From IMG/VR virus record IMGVR_UViG_3300028591_000093, positions 16,765 to 80,764 of that record: a stretch of DNA of 64,000 nt; one strand, given 5' to 3'. The position numbers were made by a program, and so were the translations under genes. The notes under the pieces are model-generated. The model did not search any database. It was given only the letters and a program-made list of their open reading frames with translations, and was not told the origin of the DNA. This stretch comes from a virus (taxonomy: Duplodnaviria > Heunggongvirae > Uroviricota > Caudoviricetes). This document shows positions 54,780-63,926 of this stretch, piece after piece (the stretch's first letter is position 1; every line of letters starts with the position of its first letter).

Positions 54780-55392
54780 AATTGTTGATAATATTGACAA
54801 AGTTATTCCTTTACTTGATTTTGAACCAGGCGGAAGGTCACTTATACTTGTATGGGTTGTAAGTAGACACAAAGATGGTAACACCACAGTAAAAGGAAGC
54901 AACAGAGTGAGAACTATTAAGTCTTATCATTTCCAATCTAAGGAACATTTCTTGGAGAAAGTAGATGAGATAAAGCAACTATGTAATATGTTCAATTGTA
55001 GAGCATATGTCTGCTTAAATAGTAAACACTTAATCAAGGTATTATTCAGACTATTAAGCATTATAACAGACAATATACAAGGTTTAATGTCTTCAAAACA
55101 GATTATATCTTTAAGAGGTACCATAGATTCGGCAATTATGAAAACTGAAGGTATCAAAGGACATAAATTTTGGTTGATAGATGTTGATACTAAAGATGAT
55201 GAAGTACTTAAAAAGGTTCTGGATGAAGTAAAATCTGCTCAAAGTGGATTTGAAAATCCTGTTGAAGCTGTTCTTGAAACTGTAAGTGGGAGACATGTTA
55301 TTACTAGACCTTTTGACAGAAGAGTACTTACATCATCTGATGTTGTTAGTTTGCAAACACAATGTTTAGCTTTACTATATTGTAATGTATAA
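54772..55392 (+). CDS. hypothetical protein (about 206 aa)
   Basis: Internal ATG (MSKIVDN) of ORF 54682-55392. Confidence 0.4.
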   Translation: MSKIVDNIDKVIPLLDFEPGGRSLILVWVVSRHKDGNTTVKGSNRVRTIKSYHFQSKEHFLEKVDEIKQLCNMFNCRAYVCLNSKHLIKVLFRLLSIITDNIQGLMSSKQIISLRGTIDSAIMKTEGIKGHKFWLIDVDTKDDEVLKKVLDEVKSAQSGFENPVEAVLETVSGRHVITRPFDRRVLTSSDVVSLQTQCLALLYCNV

Positions 55393-55655
55393 TGGCACAA
55401 TATCAAGGTAAAGAACTATTTGTGGAGAAATCTAAAAGGGATGGAAGATTGTTTACTCCAGAAGAGCAAATATCTGAAATTCCCTTTGTAGATGGCTCTG
55501 AACTAATTGAAACTACAGAGGATGAGATAAAAGCAGGAGTAGAGTATTACTTAAAGTACAAGCAATGTAAGTTGCATATGGTATATGATACTTCTTCTTG
55601 GATTTATCATGAAAGAATCTGTGGTATTTGTGGGCAACATATAGCATTTATTTGA
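55392..55655 (+). CDS. hypothetical protein (87 aa)
   Basis: ORF track. Confidence 0.35.
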   Translation: MAQYQGKELFVEKSKRDGRLFTPEEQISEIPFVDGSELIETTEDEIKAGVEYYLKYKQCKLHMVYDTSSWIYHERICGICGQHIAFI

Positions 55656-55656
55656 T

Positions 55657-55866
55657 ATGTGGATAGTACAAGATGGTAGAGGTAAACAGTTTATTACTGC
55701 AATAAGACCTACTGATTATGAATGTAAAGATATGTCTAACTGGTTGCCAAAGAAGTTATATGACTTTAAACAAGAACTTCATTGTGACTATGGTAGAATT
55801 AACTTTGCAGACCCTAATACTTGTGCAGTAGCTCAGTTAGAACCTACAAAACTAATGTATATATGA
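55657..55866 (+). CDS. hypothetical protein (69 aa)
   Basis: ORF track. ATGA overlap with the next gene. Confidence 0.35.
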   Translation: MWIVQDGRGKQFITAIRPTDYECKDMSNWLPKKLYDFKQELHCDYGRINFADPNTCAVAQLEPTKLMYI

Positions 55867-57086
55867 GTGAATTACATTTTACTGTTGGAACTAATATAGG
55901 AGAAATCCTGTATGATATAGCAACTGAGAAACTGTTACAAAAAGCAAATTATCAAGGATGTATAGATACCTATCTAAAGAGTTTTAGAGGAATTGAACTA
56001 GAAATGGTAAAAAGAATTCTTCTAGGAGAACTGGCTGTAGTAGGCAATAATGATTGTACAGTTAGTATAGGTAAATATAGTCCTGAGGAATTTCCTGATT
56101 TTACTCCTATTGATTTTAAGAATTGGATTACTGAAAAAGTAAACAAGTTAAAAGAGACTTCTCAAAGTGGTAGTTTACAAGTAGCTTGGAACAATCTGGA
56201 AATCTGTAGGAATGATTCAGTGACAGTAGAAGTAGAAAAGGATAACTTTGAGAAAATTTGTTTACTGTGTGGTTATGACTGTAAGTTACCAAATCTTAAT
56301 ATAGAGATTGGTGCTTATGTTAGATTTACTCCAATGAAGCTATTAGCAGCTTTAACTAGTCTTGAAACTCCTGAATTTCTATTTACTGATGCATTACTAG
56401 ATTATTGTGATGATGAAAAATTTAGAAGGTTATACTATCAAATGAAGTTCCTTTTAGGATATAGACTTGATTGTATACACTATTACAAAGTAAATGAAAT
56501 TCTGTTACAAGAACTTGGAGTAGATGCTGGTGTAAAGCCTTGGTTAGAAAATCAAATGGTAGATTGGAAGATAAAGTTTGATTACTATATCAGTTCTGAT
56601 TTTAGTGAAAGAGACCAAGTTAAAGATTCAATTAAGGCTTTTATAGCTGCTGAACTTGATTATGCTAAGATGGGTGCTATTGAACCTGTAAACATTAAAG
56701 ACAAATATGATGCTGGATGGATAAATCCAGATGGTCTGGTGTTTGCAATGAATGGTGAGATAAGCAACATGCTACACTGTAAAATTGCTGATAAAATAGC
56801 AGAAAAGTATGATATGAAATTTACTTATGCTTCTGAATCTGACAGATGGTTAGAGAAGGAAGGTTGGGTTAAGTTTCATAATGGTTGGGTGTTGTTTGAA
56901 GGCAGATGGGATGAAAGACATCCTGCTACTTGGAAGAAACTTACTGATGCACAAGTTAATGTAATTGCAGATTATATTGATACTTGTGAGGAAGGATGTA
57001 TCTTTGGTTTCAGAAGGATTCCTGTAACTCGCAATATGTGGATTAATATGGAACCTTTAATGAGAGAACAATTATTTATGTATTGA
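55863..57086 (+). CDS. hypothetical protein (407 aa)
   Basis: Internal ATG (MSELHF) of ORF 55821-57086, at the ATGA overlap. Confidence 0.45.
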   Translation: MSELHFTVGTNIGEILYDIATEKLLQKANYQGCIDTYLKSFRGIELEMVKRILLGELAVVGNNDCTVSIGKYSPEEFPDFTPIDFKNWITEKVNKLKETSQSGSLQVAWNNLEICRNDSVTVEVEKDNFEKICLLCGYDCKLPNLNIEIGAYVRFTPMKLLAALTSLETPEFLFTDALLDYCDDEKFRRLYYQMKFLLGYRLDCIHYYKVNEILLQELGVDAGVKPWLENQMVDWKIKFDYYISSDFSERDQVKDSIKAFIAAELDYAKMGAIEPVNIKDKYDAGWINPDGLVFAMNGEISNMLHCKIADKIAEKYDMKFTYASESDRWLEKEGWVKFHNGWVLFEGRWDERHPATWKKLTDAQVNVIADYIDTCEEGCIFGFRRIPVTRNMWINMEPLMREQLFMY

Positions 57087-57412
57087 TGAAAAAACAAATT
57101 ATATTTTTATTATTTGTACTATTTACATTAGTAGGATGTGGTAGTACAAAGAATCTTAACAAACCAAAATGGTTTGAAAGAGATTCTAGAATTGAAGTTG
57201 TTAATGAATCTACAGTCATCTTTAAAGATGTATTGAAGATTGAAATTAAAACTAATGACAAAAATCAAGTTACATATGTTTATAATTTAAATCATAGTAA
57301 ACTTGTAAAGGTAGCTAGAGGTTCTTTTGAAGTTGATTTGTCAAGAGGAGATTATCTTGTACAATCTGATAAAAGAATTACAAAAACAATTTATGAAGTT
57401 GTTATTGAATAA
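57083..57412 (+). CDS. lipoprotein
   Basis: Signal peptide with lipobox LVGC. Confidence 0.5.
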   Translation: MMKKQIIFLLFVLFTLVGCGSTKNLNKPKWFERDSRIEVVNESTVIFKDVLKIEIKTNDKNQVTYVYNLNHSKLVKVARGSFEVDLSRGDYLVQSDKRITKTIYEVVIE

Positions 57413-57433
57413 CATTTAAAATTTAGATATATT

Positions 57434-57775
57434 ATGAATTTACAATCTTTTGAAAAGGCATTGAATGCTTCTGCCGCTGATTTGCGGCAAACTAGAGTAA
57501 GTAACTTTGTGAAGAATGCAAAAGCTGATGCTGATTTGCTGATTCAGACAAAGGAGAGAACTATCCGCCAGATGGAAGACAGACTTTCTAGTTTGCTTGA
57601 CCTTGGTGAGGATAATACTATGTCCATTGCTAAGAAGGTACAGAATGTAAATACCAACCAGTTGATGAGTAAAATCTATCAGCTGTCTGTTGATATTGAA
57701 CTGGCTAAGCAGGACTTAGAGATTATGAAGAAAGTAAATGCACAACTGTTCCCTGAGAAGGAGGAAACAAAATGA
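57434..57775 (+). CDS. hypothetical coiled-coil protein (113 aa)
   Basis: ORF track. Confidence 0.4.
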   Translation: MNLQSFEKALNASAADLRQTRVSNFVKNAKADADLLIQTKERTIRQMEDRLSSLLDLGEDNTMSIAKKVQNVNTNQLMSKIYQLSVDIELAKQDLEIMKKVNAQLFPEKEETK

Positions 57776-58293
57776 AAACTTTTGAAGAGATAGATGCTAT
57801 CTTGATGAAAATTGGTACAGCAGAATATGCTTGTGCAACTCTTACTGATGGTAGTAAAATTTTATTTTATATACCAGATAGTTATGATAACTCTTTCTCA
57901 TCTAGATTCATGTTTTCTTGTTGTGCTCAAAGTACTGATGAAGTAGAAGATAAGTGTGATAATTTCTCTCATAGTTTCCTTATGCTACATCCAGAAGATA
58001 TTGCTAATATTGTAGCAATTGACTATTGTCAAATTGAAAAACTACTTACTGCTCCAGATAGTAGTTTTGACATTATGGATGATGACTTTGATTTTTGTAA
58101 CTTTGAGGATTATCTTATGGACTTCTTTTCTGAAGGAGGAACTGTTGCTTTTTATAGTAATCCTTTTGAATCCTTTGACCAACAAAGAAATCTTCCTAAC
58201 CCTTCTGTAGTAGTTGCTAAAGAAGCTCCTGTAACAAAAGATGTTACAACACAGTCTATTGTTATCGGTAGAAAAAGAAAACTTTTTGTATGA
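57772..58293 (+). CDS. hypothetical acidic protein (173 aa)
   Basis: ORF track. ATGA overlap. Confidence 0.4.
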   Translation: MKTFEEIDAILMKIGTAEYACATLTDGSKILFYIPDSYDNSFSSRFMFSCCAQSTDEVEDKCDNFSHSFLMLHPEDIANIVAIDYCQIEKLLTAPDSSFDIMDDDFDFCNFEDYLMDFFSEGGTVAFYSNPFESFDQQRNLPNPSVVVAKEAPVTKDVTTQSIVIGRKRKLFV

Positions 58294-58592
58294 TTAAACC
58301 AGAAGTCTGGAAATATCTTGCTAGAGTTTATCCAGAAATTGCATTAAAACCCTCTATAGACATATTGAGTGTTCTTGATGCATTAGCTAAAAGAGGCTGG
58401 GAGGTCACTGTTAACCATTTTCTTGAGTCTAGAGAGCATGGACCTGTTAAAAGGTATAAATATACCATTGAAGGTCAGATAACCTCTATACAGGGCTCTT
58501 TTGAGTCTTATACAGAAGCTTATGAAAATGCTCTCATAGAAATTGGTAAAACAGAGTACTGTCTTAGACAAAACTCTACTGCAAAAGATTAA
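58290..58592 (+). CDS. hypothetical protein (100 aa)
   Basis: ORF track. ATGA overlap. Confidence 0.4.
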   Translation: MIKPEVWKYLARVYPEIALKPSIDILSVLDALAKRGWEVTVNHFLESREHGPVKRYKYTIEGQITSIQGSFESYTEAYENALIEIGKTEYCLRQNSTAKD

Positions 58593-58674
58593 AAACTATG
58601 CACAAGAAGGGTAATACCTAATTGTGTTTACACCTGATTAAGTTCTTACTGTGTAAGTTTATAGGGTGTTGTGT

Positions 58675-58749
58675 GGTGTTGTTAGTTCAGTTGGTTAGAA
58701 TTCCTGTTTGTGGCACAGGAGGTCCTCAGTTCGAGTCTGAGACAATACC
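58675..58749 (+). tRNA. tRNA-His(GTG) with genomically encoded G-1
   Basis: G-1 paired to C73, acceptor GTGTTGT/ACAATAC, D-arm GTTC-AGTTGGTTA-GAAT, anticodon arm CCTGT-TTGTGGC-ACAGG, T-arm CTCAG-TTCGAGT-CTGAG. Confidence 0.75.
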
Positions 58750-58759
58750 CCACAAAAAT

Positions 58760-58833
58760 AGGGTAATAGTTCAGTTGATTAGAATGCTAGTTTTGGGAAC
58801 TAGTGGTCGCCAGTTTGAGTCTGGCTTACCCTA
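58760..58833 (+). tRNA. tRNA-Pro(TGG), second copy
   Basis: Acceptor AGGGTAA/TTACCCT, D-arm GTTC-AGTTGATTA-GAAT, anticodon arm CTAGT-TTTGGGA-ACTAG, T-arm GCCAG-TTTGAGT-CTGGC. Confidence 0.65.
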
Positions 58834-58854
58834 CTAATTAAAAACAAAGTTATT

Positions 58855-59778
58855 ATGCCAAAGGTAAGAGATTTAGAAGCTGATTATCTGCAAAGAAGTT
58901 CTAGTAAGAAAGCAGTAAGAGAAAGTACTCGCTATCATAAATGGTGGGGGCATGGTGATGAAAAATGGCATTATCTTTATACAGTTCTTGATGCTATGCT
59001 TGAAAAAGGTATAGGTAAGAATGTAGATGATGTCTTTTCTGAGTACTGTAAAAAGTTTGCTAGTGGTTGGGATAGTTTTGACTATAAGAAAATATTCTGG
59101 GATAATTTTAGACTTAAATACTATTATTATTTTAAACCTGAATATTACTTAGAAGGTAAGATTATCAGAAAAAGACCAACTACATCTAAGCATAGAAGAA
59201 GGACAATTACTGTTGGTGGTTATTGGAAAGAAGTAAAGATTTTCAAAAAGGATAAACCTTATTATACACATACTTATGACAAACAGAAATTTGTTGAGAA
59301 TTATTTTAGGCTTAGAAATTGGCCTTTAGATAAGTCTTTTGAGGTATGGGAAATGTCTGATGTAATTGAAGATATTGTTTCTTATTATAGAACACATCCT
59401 CAATTATGGATTGATGAAGGTAATAGTAACTTTCACAGAATTGTATATCCTGAAGAGATTAGATATTATCTACAAGGAGCTTTTTGTAAAGAATCTCTTT
59501 TAGTAGGTAGTCATGTGGTTGTTCCTGGAACAGCTGAATGGAGAAAAGTTAAAGCTAAAGAGAAAGGAGAAAGCCAAAGAGCTGCTCTTTCTAGAAAGTT
59601 AGCTGAAAAAGAAAGTGCTAAAACTTTTGATTATACTTTGTGGTATAAGAAAAAGACTAGACAAAATAAACTTCATGAAAGTGAAGACATAATAACAAGA
59701 GATAGATTAGGCTTTGATGAGTATTCATTCAAAGGAGAATTTTATCATGGATGCAAGAGAAAGAAAAAAAGCAGTTGA
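58855..59778 (+). CDS. hypothetical basic protein (307 aa, Lys/Tyr/Trp-rich)
   Basis: ORF track. Confidence 0.45.
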   Translation: MPKVRDLEADYLQRSSSKKAVRESTRYHKWWGHGDEKWHYLYTVLDAMLEKGIGKNVDDVFSEYCKKFASGWDSFDYKKIFWDNFRLKYYYYFKPEYYLEGKIIRKRPTTSKHRRRTITVGGYWKEVKIFKKDKPYYTHTYDKQKFVENYFRLRNWPLDKSFEVWEMSDVIEDIVSYYRTHPQLWIDEGNSNFHRIVYPEEIRYYLQGAFCKESLLVGSHVVVPGTAEWRKVKAKEKGESQRAALSRKLAEKESAKTFDYTLWYKKKTRQNKLHESEDIITRDRLGFDEYSFKGEFYHGCKRKKKSS

Positions 59779-60100
59779 ACTTCTTTCTGATGTTGGAGAT
59801 AGACACAATGCTTACAAGCATCTAAGAAAATCTATCTGTGATAATATGTACCAAGATTTCTTGAATTTCTTTTTACTAAATGGTCAAGAATTTCCTTGTG
59901 AATTTTGGGCTGGTGGTAGAGTTAAGATTACAAGTTTCTTTATTGAGAGAAACACTGTATATTGTAAATGTTTAGAGAATCCTTTATTTGGTTTTTCTAA
60001 AGTATCTACACCAAATGTAAGAAGACTAGATAGAGTCTTTGGTGATAAGACATTAGAGAAGTACCTTGAACTGTCACAACTGCTTATAAGCAAAATATAA
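59747..60100 (+). CDS. hypothetical protein (117 aa)
   Basis: Internal ATG (MDARERKK) of ORF 59714-60100. Confidence 0.35.
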   Translation: MDARERKKAVELLSDVGDRHNAYKHLRKSICDNMYQDFLNFFLLNGQEFPCEFWAGGRVKITSFFIERNTVYCKCLENPLFGFSKVSTPNVRRLDRVFGDKTLEKYLELSQLLISKI

Positions 60101-60103
60101 GAT

Positions 60104-60595
60104 ATGAAAGGTGCTGATTTATTAACTGCAAAAAGAATAGGAGAATTCCTTAAAAGTAAGTCCTGGACTATAGCAACAGCTGAATCTTGTACGGCAGGAG
60201 GTATATCTAATGCTTTAGCAAGAGTTGAAGGAGCTTCCCAATATCTCAAAGGTGGTGTTGTGTCCTATACTAATGAGATTAAAGAGAAAATCTTATGGGT
60301 AAATCCTAAAACAATTGAGAATTTTGATGTTGTTAGTCTTGAAGTAGCTCAAGAAATGGCTAGTTCAATTAGAAACCTTTACAATACAGATGTAGGAGTT
60401 GGAATTACAGGGTATGTAGGTCAAACTGGTGGTAATAGTAAGGTTCCTAATGGTACAGTTTGGATTAGTGTTAAATGTGAAGGTATTCAGAATACAGTTA
60501 GATGTAGTGTATGTAATTCCAGAAATGAAAACATAGATGAAATGATAGGAACTGCATTGAACTTAATTCTGGAAACACTTGAGTGTACTAACTAA
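60104..60595 (+). CDS. pncC: CinA C-terminal domain protein, NMN deamidase
   Basis: TIATAESCTAGGISNALARVEGASQYLKGGVVSYTNEIKEKIL matches the CinA/PncC core (ATAESCTGG...pGsS...gGvVaYsneaK). 163 aa. Confidence 0.6.
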   Translation: MKGADLLTAKRIGEFLKSKSWTIATAESCTAGGISNALARVEGASQYLKGGVVSYTNEIKEKILWVNPKTIENFDVVSLEVAQEMASSIRNLYNTDVGVGITGYVGQTGGNSKVPNGTVWISVKCEGIQNTVRCSVCNSRNENIDEMIGTALNLILETLECTN

Positions 60596-60776
60596 ATCCA
60601 TATCATTTCGAGACTTTGAAAGGATATTACTTAAAAATGGTTATACCTTAGACAGAAAGAAAGGAGACCATTTCATTTATACTAAACCTTCTGCTAATCA
60701 TATTAGTATTCCTAAAAACATATGTTTTATGATAGCAAGAAGATTGGTAAAAGAAAATAATTTAGATATAGACTGA
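60579..60776 (+). CDS. hicA: HicA-like mRNA interferase toxin domain protein
   Basis: FRDFERILLKNGYTLDRKKGDHFIYTKPSANHISIPKN fits the HicA pattern (...iLkkaGfelvrqkGSHhiy...vtvPvH). Confidence 0.5.
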   Translation: MSVLTKSISFRDFERILLKNGYTLDRKKGDHFIYTKPSANHISIPKNICFMIARRLVKENNLDID

Positions 60777-60779
60777 TAT

Positions 60780-61211
60780 ATGTTTTATAAAATTTTAAGA
60801 GGTAGACCTAGTAGTCACAGATGGGCAATTGCACTTGTATCATTACCAAAAGAGGCTGAATACGATGTTTGGCCACTTAAAGTAAGAGCTTCTGCAATTC
60901 ACATCAACCATATTTTTGAAGTAACAGCAAAAGACAACAAGTTTGCTTTTGTGCCAGTAAATGAGTTTGAACATGCTAATACTTTCAGTTTAGATGCTAC
61001 TCCAACTACCTTTGTTGTAGGTAAGGATTTTGTAGTTCAGAACTTTGAAAACAAACATTTGTTAACAGGTAATGGATATTACTTTCTGCAAACACCTGAT
61101 AACTTACAGAAGTTTTATAACATGATTTCAGGCTCTAACGATGACCATTGTATAATCAAAGCCTTTTTAAATGATAAAGGCGTTAAAAATGCTATGTGTC
61201 AATGCAAATAG
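60780..61211 (+). CDS. hypothetical protein (possible HicB-position antitoxin; no motif support)
   Basis: ORF track, directly downstream of the hicA-like gene. Confidence 0.3.
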   Translation: MFYKILRGRPSSHRWAIALVSLPKEAEYDVWPLKVRASAIHINHIFEVTAKDNKFAFVPVNEFEHANTFSLDATPTTFVVGKDFVVQNFENKHLLTGNGYYFLQTPDNLQKFYNMISGSNDDHCIIKAFLNDKGVKNAMCQCK

Positions 61212-61492
61212 ATGTTCCATACAGTATAGGTCAAGAGCTGTTTTATGTGAGACCTTGTAGTTATTTATCTTCTGAACCTGAAAACAAGGATAAGATAATA
61301 ACCAAGTATAATGTTGAGAAAGTACCTATTACTCACTTACATATTCATCTTACAAACAAAGAGATGGAAGTAGAAGTGTATGTTGAGATAAATAGATTAT
61401 CTATCAACAGAAAGCTTGCAGCAAATATCTTTGATACAGAGGAAGAAGCAATTGAAAAAGCTAATGAACTTAATTCTAAAAGGACATCTTAG
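61196..61492 (+). CDS. hypothetical protein (98 aa)
   Basis: ORF track. Confidence 0.35.
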   Translation: MSMQIDVPYSIGQELFYVRPCSYLSSEPENKDKIITKYNVEKVPITHLHIHLTNKEMEVEVYVEINRLSINRKLAANIFDTEEEAIEKANELNSKRTS

Positions 61493-61817
61493 CATCTTTA
61501 AACAGAAGTTGGAAGACATACAAGAATATCGAGAAAACTTGATAGGCAGTATTGAAGGTTTGTTTACCAACAATGTTGTTGAAAGTATTGTCTTTCCAAA
61601 AGATGTTGAAGTTGTAATGATTGGTACAAAATCTGTGCCTGTCAGAATTGACAAGGTTCTTTATGATTGGGAAGAAAATGAAGCATATGTAGTTGATAAC
61701 AAAGGAATTGCATATGGTTGGGATTGGATTTCCAATGATGAACTTGTAAAAATTGCTGAAGCAATAATTAAATTTTACAAAGATGAATCTGAAATACCGT
61801 TTCCTGTACAAGAATAA
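61464..61817 (+). CDS. hypothetical protein
   Basis: Internal ATG of ORF 61416-61817. Confidence 0.35.
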   Translation: MNLILKGHLSIFKQKLEDIQEYRENLIGSIEGLFTNNVVESIVFPKDVEVVMIGTKSVPVRIDKVLYDWEENEAYVVDNKGIAYGWDWISNDELVKIAEAIIKFYKDESEIPFPVQE

Positions 61818-61968
61818 TCCACAGGATAAGCAGAAAATGATTGTAGTTCAAGCACAAAGTAATGCTGAGGCATTTATTCAACTTAGAACTATTTGTGAGA
61901 AGAGAAAGTTAGACCCTAATGACTTTACTGGTTATTTAGGTGACAACTTGCAGTATGCTGTAAAGTAA
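61783..61968 (+). CDS. hypothetical protein (start uncertain; may be the internal ATG at 61837)
   Basis: ORF track. Confidence 0.3.
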   Translation: MNLKYRFLYKNNPQDKQKMIVVQAQSNAEAFIQLRTICEKRKLDPNDFTGYLGDNLQYAVK

Positions 61969-61995
61969 GCTAATTATTATTCTTTCTGTAAAGAA

Positions 61996-63612
61996 ATGTC
62001 AAGATTTAGCAAAATGAATGTAGGAGTTCTTGCTACTACTAAAGTACAAGCTCCTAACACTGTTAATAGACAAGGACATGCTGCTTATGCATTAGGAGAT
62101 GAGTTAAAACTTTTATCAGCACTGAATGTTCTCAAGTTAGAACAACAGTACTATAGAGGTGTTAACCAACAAATGCTAGAAGTTATTGAACTTGTTGAAA
62201 AAGTGGCAAGGAAAGACCCTTATTTGGCTGCACAATGTATTGTGTATTCTAGATGGGAGGGAGAAGGTTTAAGAAGTGTAAATCATTTAGCAGCAGCCGC
62301 ATTGGCTGATTACATTGCTGGAAGAGAATGGGCTAAGAGATTTTACAGTTCTTATGATAAAAAGAACAAGAGAGGTGGATGTATATGTAGACCTGATGAT
62401 ATGTCTGAGATTAAGATGATTTATTTCGCTATGAATGCTCCTCATAAACTCAGTATGGCAATGAAGAAAGGTTTCAAGAACTATATTGAAGCATTGTCAC
62501 CATATCAGATGTTTAAATATAAAAAGCCTGTTATTGATATATCTAACTTAGTACATCCAAATCCTAATGTTACAGAAGACATTGAGGCTGAAGGTAGAAG
62601 AGTTAAGTCATTAACTGCTCTCATGACTGGTATGCATGTTGCTGCTAATACATGGGAGACTAGACAGTCTGCTGCTGGACAAGAAATAGCAGAACAAGTA
62701 AAAAGAGGTGAAATATCTGCACAAGAGGCTGAGTTGGCTCTTGACCAGGCTAAGAGTGAAAACTGGAATGACATGTTGATGAACAATCAACTTGGTATTC
62801 TTGCTGCTCTTAGAAACATAAGAAACATTCTCAAGACTGCTAACATCAATTCTATCAAGAAACTTTGTGGAATGTTAGAAGATGCTAAAAGAATCAGAGA
62901 AGGTAATATTATGCCACAACAGATAGATGTAGCCTATGACATTGTTATGGATGAATTTGCAAGTACTCAGACTGGTAAATTGATAGCTGCTTCCTTGATA
63001 AAAGGATATGAACTGTCTACTACTAATCTTGGTCCTGCATTGCCAGGTAGAAATTTGGTTATCTTAGATTGCTCAGGCTCTATGGGTTGGAGTAATGTAT
63101 ATGACCTTAGAAAGAAATCTGCTGGTAGAAATACAGTTCTGGATAAAGCATCACTTGTAGCTGCTACTATTTTAAAAGCAACTGGTGGTGATTTAATTGT
63201 ATTTGGTAGTGGTGCAAGAGAAGGTACCTATAATCCTATGCAAAATGTATTTGAGATTGCAAGAAGTCTCAGAAATACCAGCATGGGTGGTACTAACTTA
63301 GCTTCTGCTTTTGATTTAGTAGCTAAGAATTGGAACAATATCAAGTATAACAGAATTTTCATTCTTTCTGACAATGAATGCAATCAGGGTAGTAATGTAC
63401 AAGCTTATAAGAGATTACTGTCTAAATGTAGTGCAGATGAAATGCCTTACATTTACTCAGTAGATATGGCTGCATATGGTACTACTCCTATTAAACATGA
63501 TGGTAGAGTTAACTACTATTATGGCTTTGGATATGCAATGTTTGATGATGTAGCTAAACTGGAGTTCAATCCACAAGCTCACATTGAAAAAGTTAAACAG
63601 ATTGTCATTTAA
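61996..63612 (+). CDS. rsr: Ro60-like ribonucleoprotein (TROVE domain plus C-terminal vWA domain)
   Basis: 538 aa. N-terminal NRQGHAAYALGDELKLLSAL...YYRGVN...DPYLAAQCIVYSRWEGE fits the TROVE pattern. C-terminal LVILDCSGSM gives the vWA MIDAS DxSxS motif. Confidence 0.6.
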   Translation: MSRFSKMNVGVLATTKVQAPNTVNRQGHAAYALGDELKLLSALNVLKLEQQYYRGVNQQMLEVIELVEKVARKDPYLAAQCIVYSRWEGEGLRSVNHLAAAALADYIAGREWAKRFYSSYDKKNKRGGCICRPDDMSEIKMIYFAMNAPHKLSMAMKKGFKNYIEALSPYQMFKYKKPVIDISNLVHPNPNVTEDIEAEGRRVKSLTALMTGMHVAANTWETRQSAAGQEIAEQVKRGEISAQEAELALDQAKSENWNDMLMNNQLGILAALRNIRNILKTANINSIKKLCGMLEDAKRIREGNIMPQQIDVAYDIVMDEFASTQTGKLIAASLIKGYELSTTNLGPALPGRNLVILDCSGSMGWSNVYDLRKKSAGRNTVLDKASLVAATILKATGGDLIVFGSGAREGTYNPMQNVFEIARSLRNTSMGGTNLASAFDLVAKNWNNIKYNRIFILSDNECNQGSNVQAYKRLLSKCSADEMPYIYSVDMAAYGTTPIKHDGRVNYYYGFGYAMFDDVAKLEFNPQAHIEKVKQIVI

Positions 63613-63926
63613 TGACTACTGAAGAAGCTATCCTAGCAAAAATTTTGAAGTTAAGAAGTGCATTAGTTCAAAGAGCTGTTATTACAAATCCTAATTTACT
63701 ACAAATGGTGATACTAGATATAGGAGATTTGACTCTAGAAGTTAAGTTAGCTGAATCTAGGAAGAAGATACCTTTGTGGGATATTTCTCTAAAAAGAAAT
63801 GGACAGTTTGTGTTTATTACACAAACAGAGGATAAACAGTACTTTGACTATTGTACTGTCTTAGCTCAAACTTGGAGACAACAAAATACTGAAATAGGAA
63901 TCCAAGAATTTCTCAGACTTGTATGA
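63612..63926 (+). CDS. hypothetical protein (104 aa)
   Basis: ORF track. TAATG overlap with rsr. Confidence 0.35.
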   Translation: MTTEEAILAKILKLRSALVQRAVITNPNLLQMVILDIGDLTLEVKLAESRKKIPLWDISLKRNGQFVFITQTEDKQYFDYCTVLAQTWRQQNTEIGIQEFLRLV

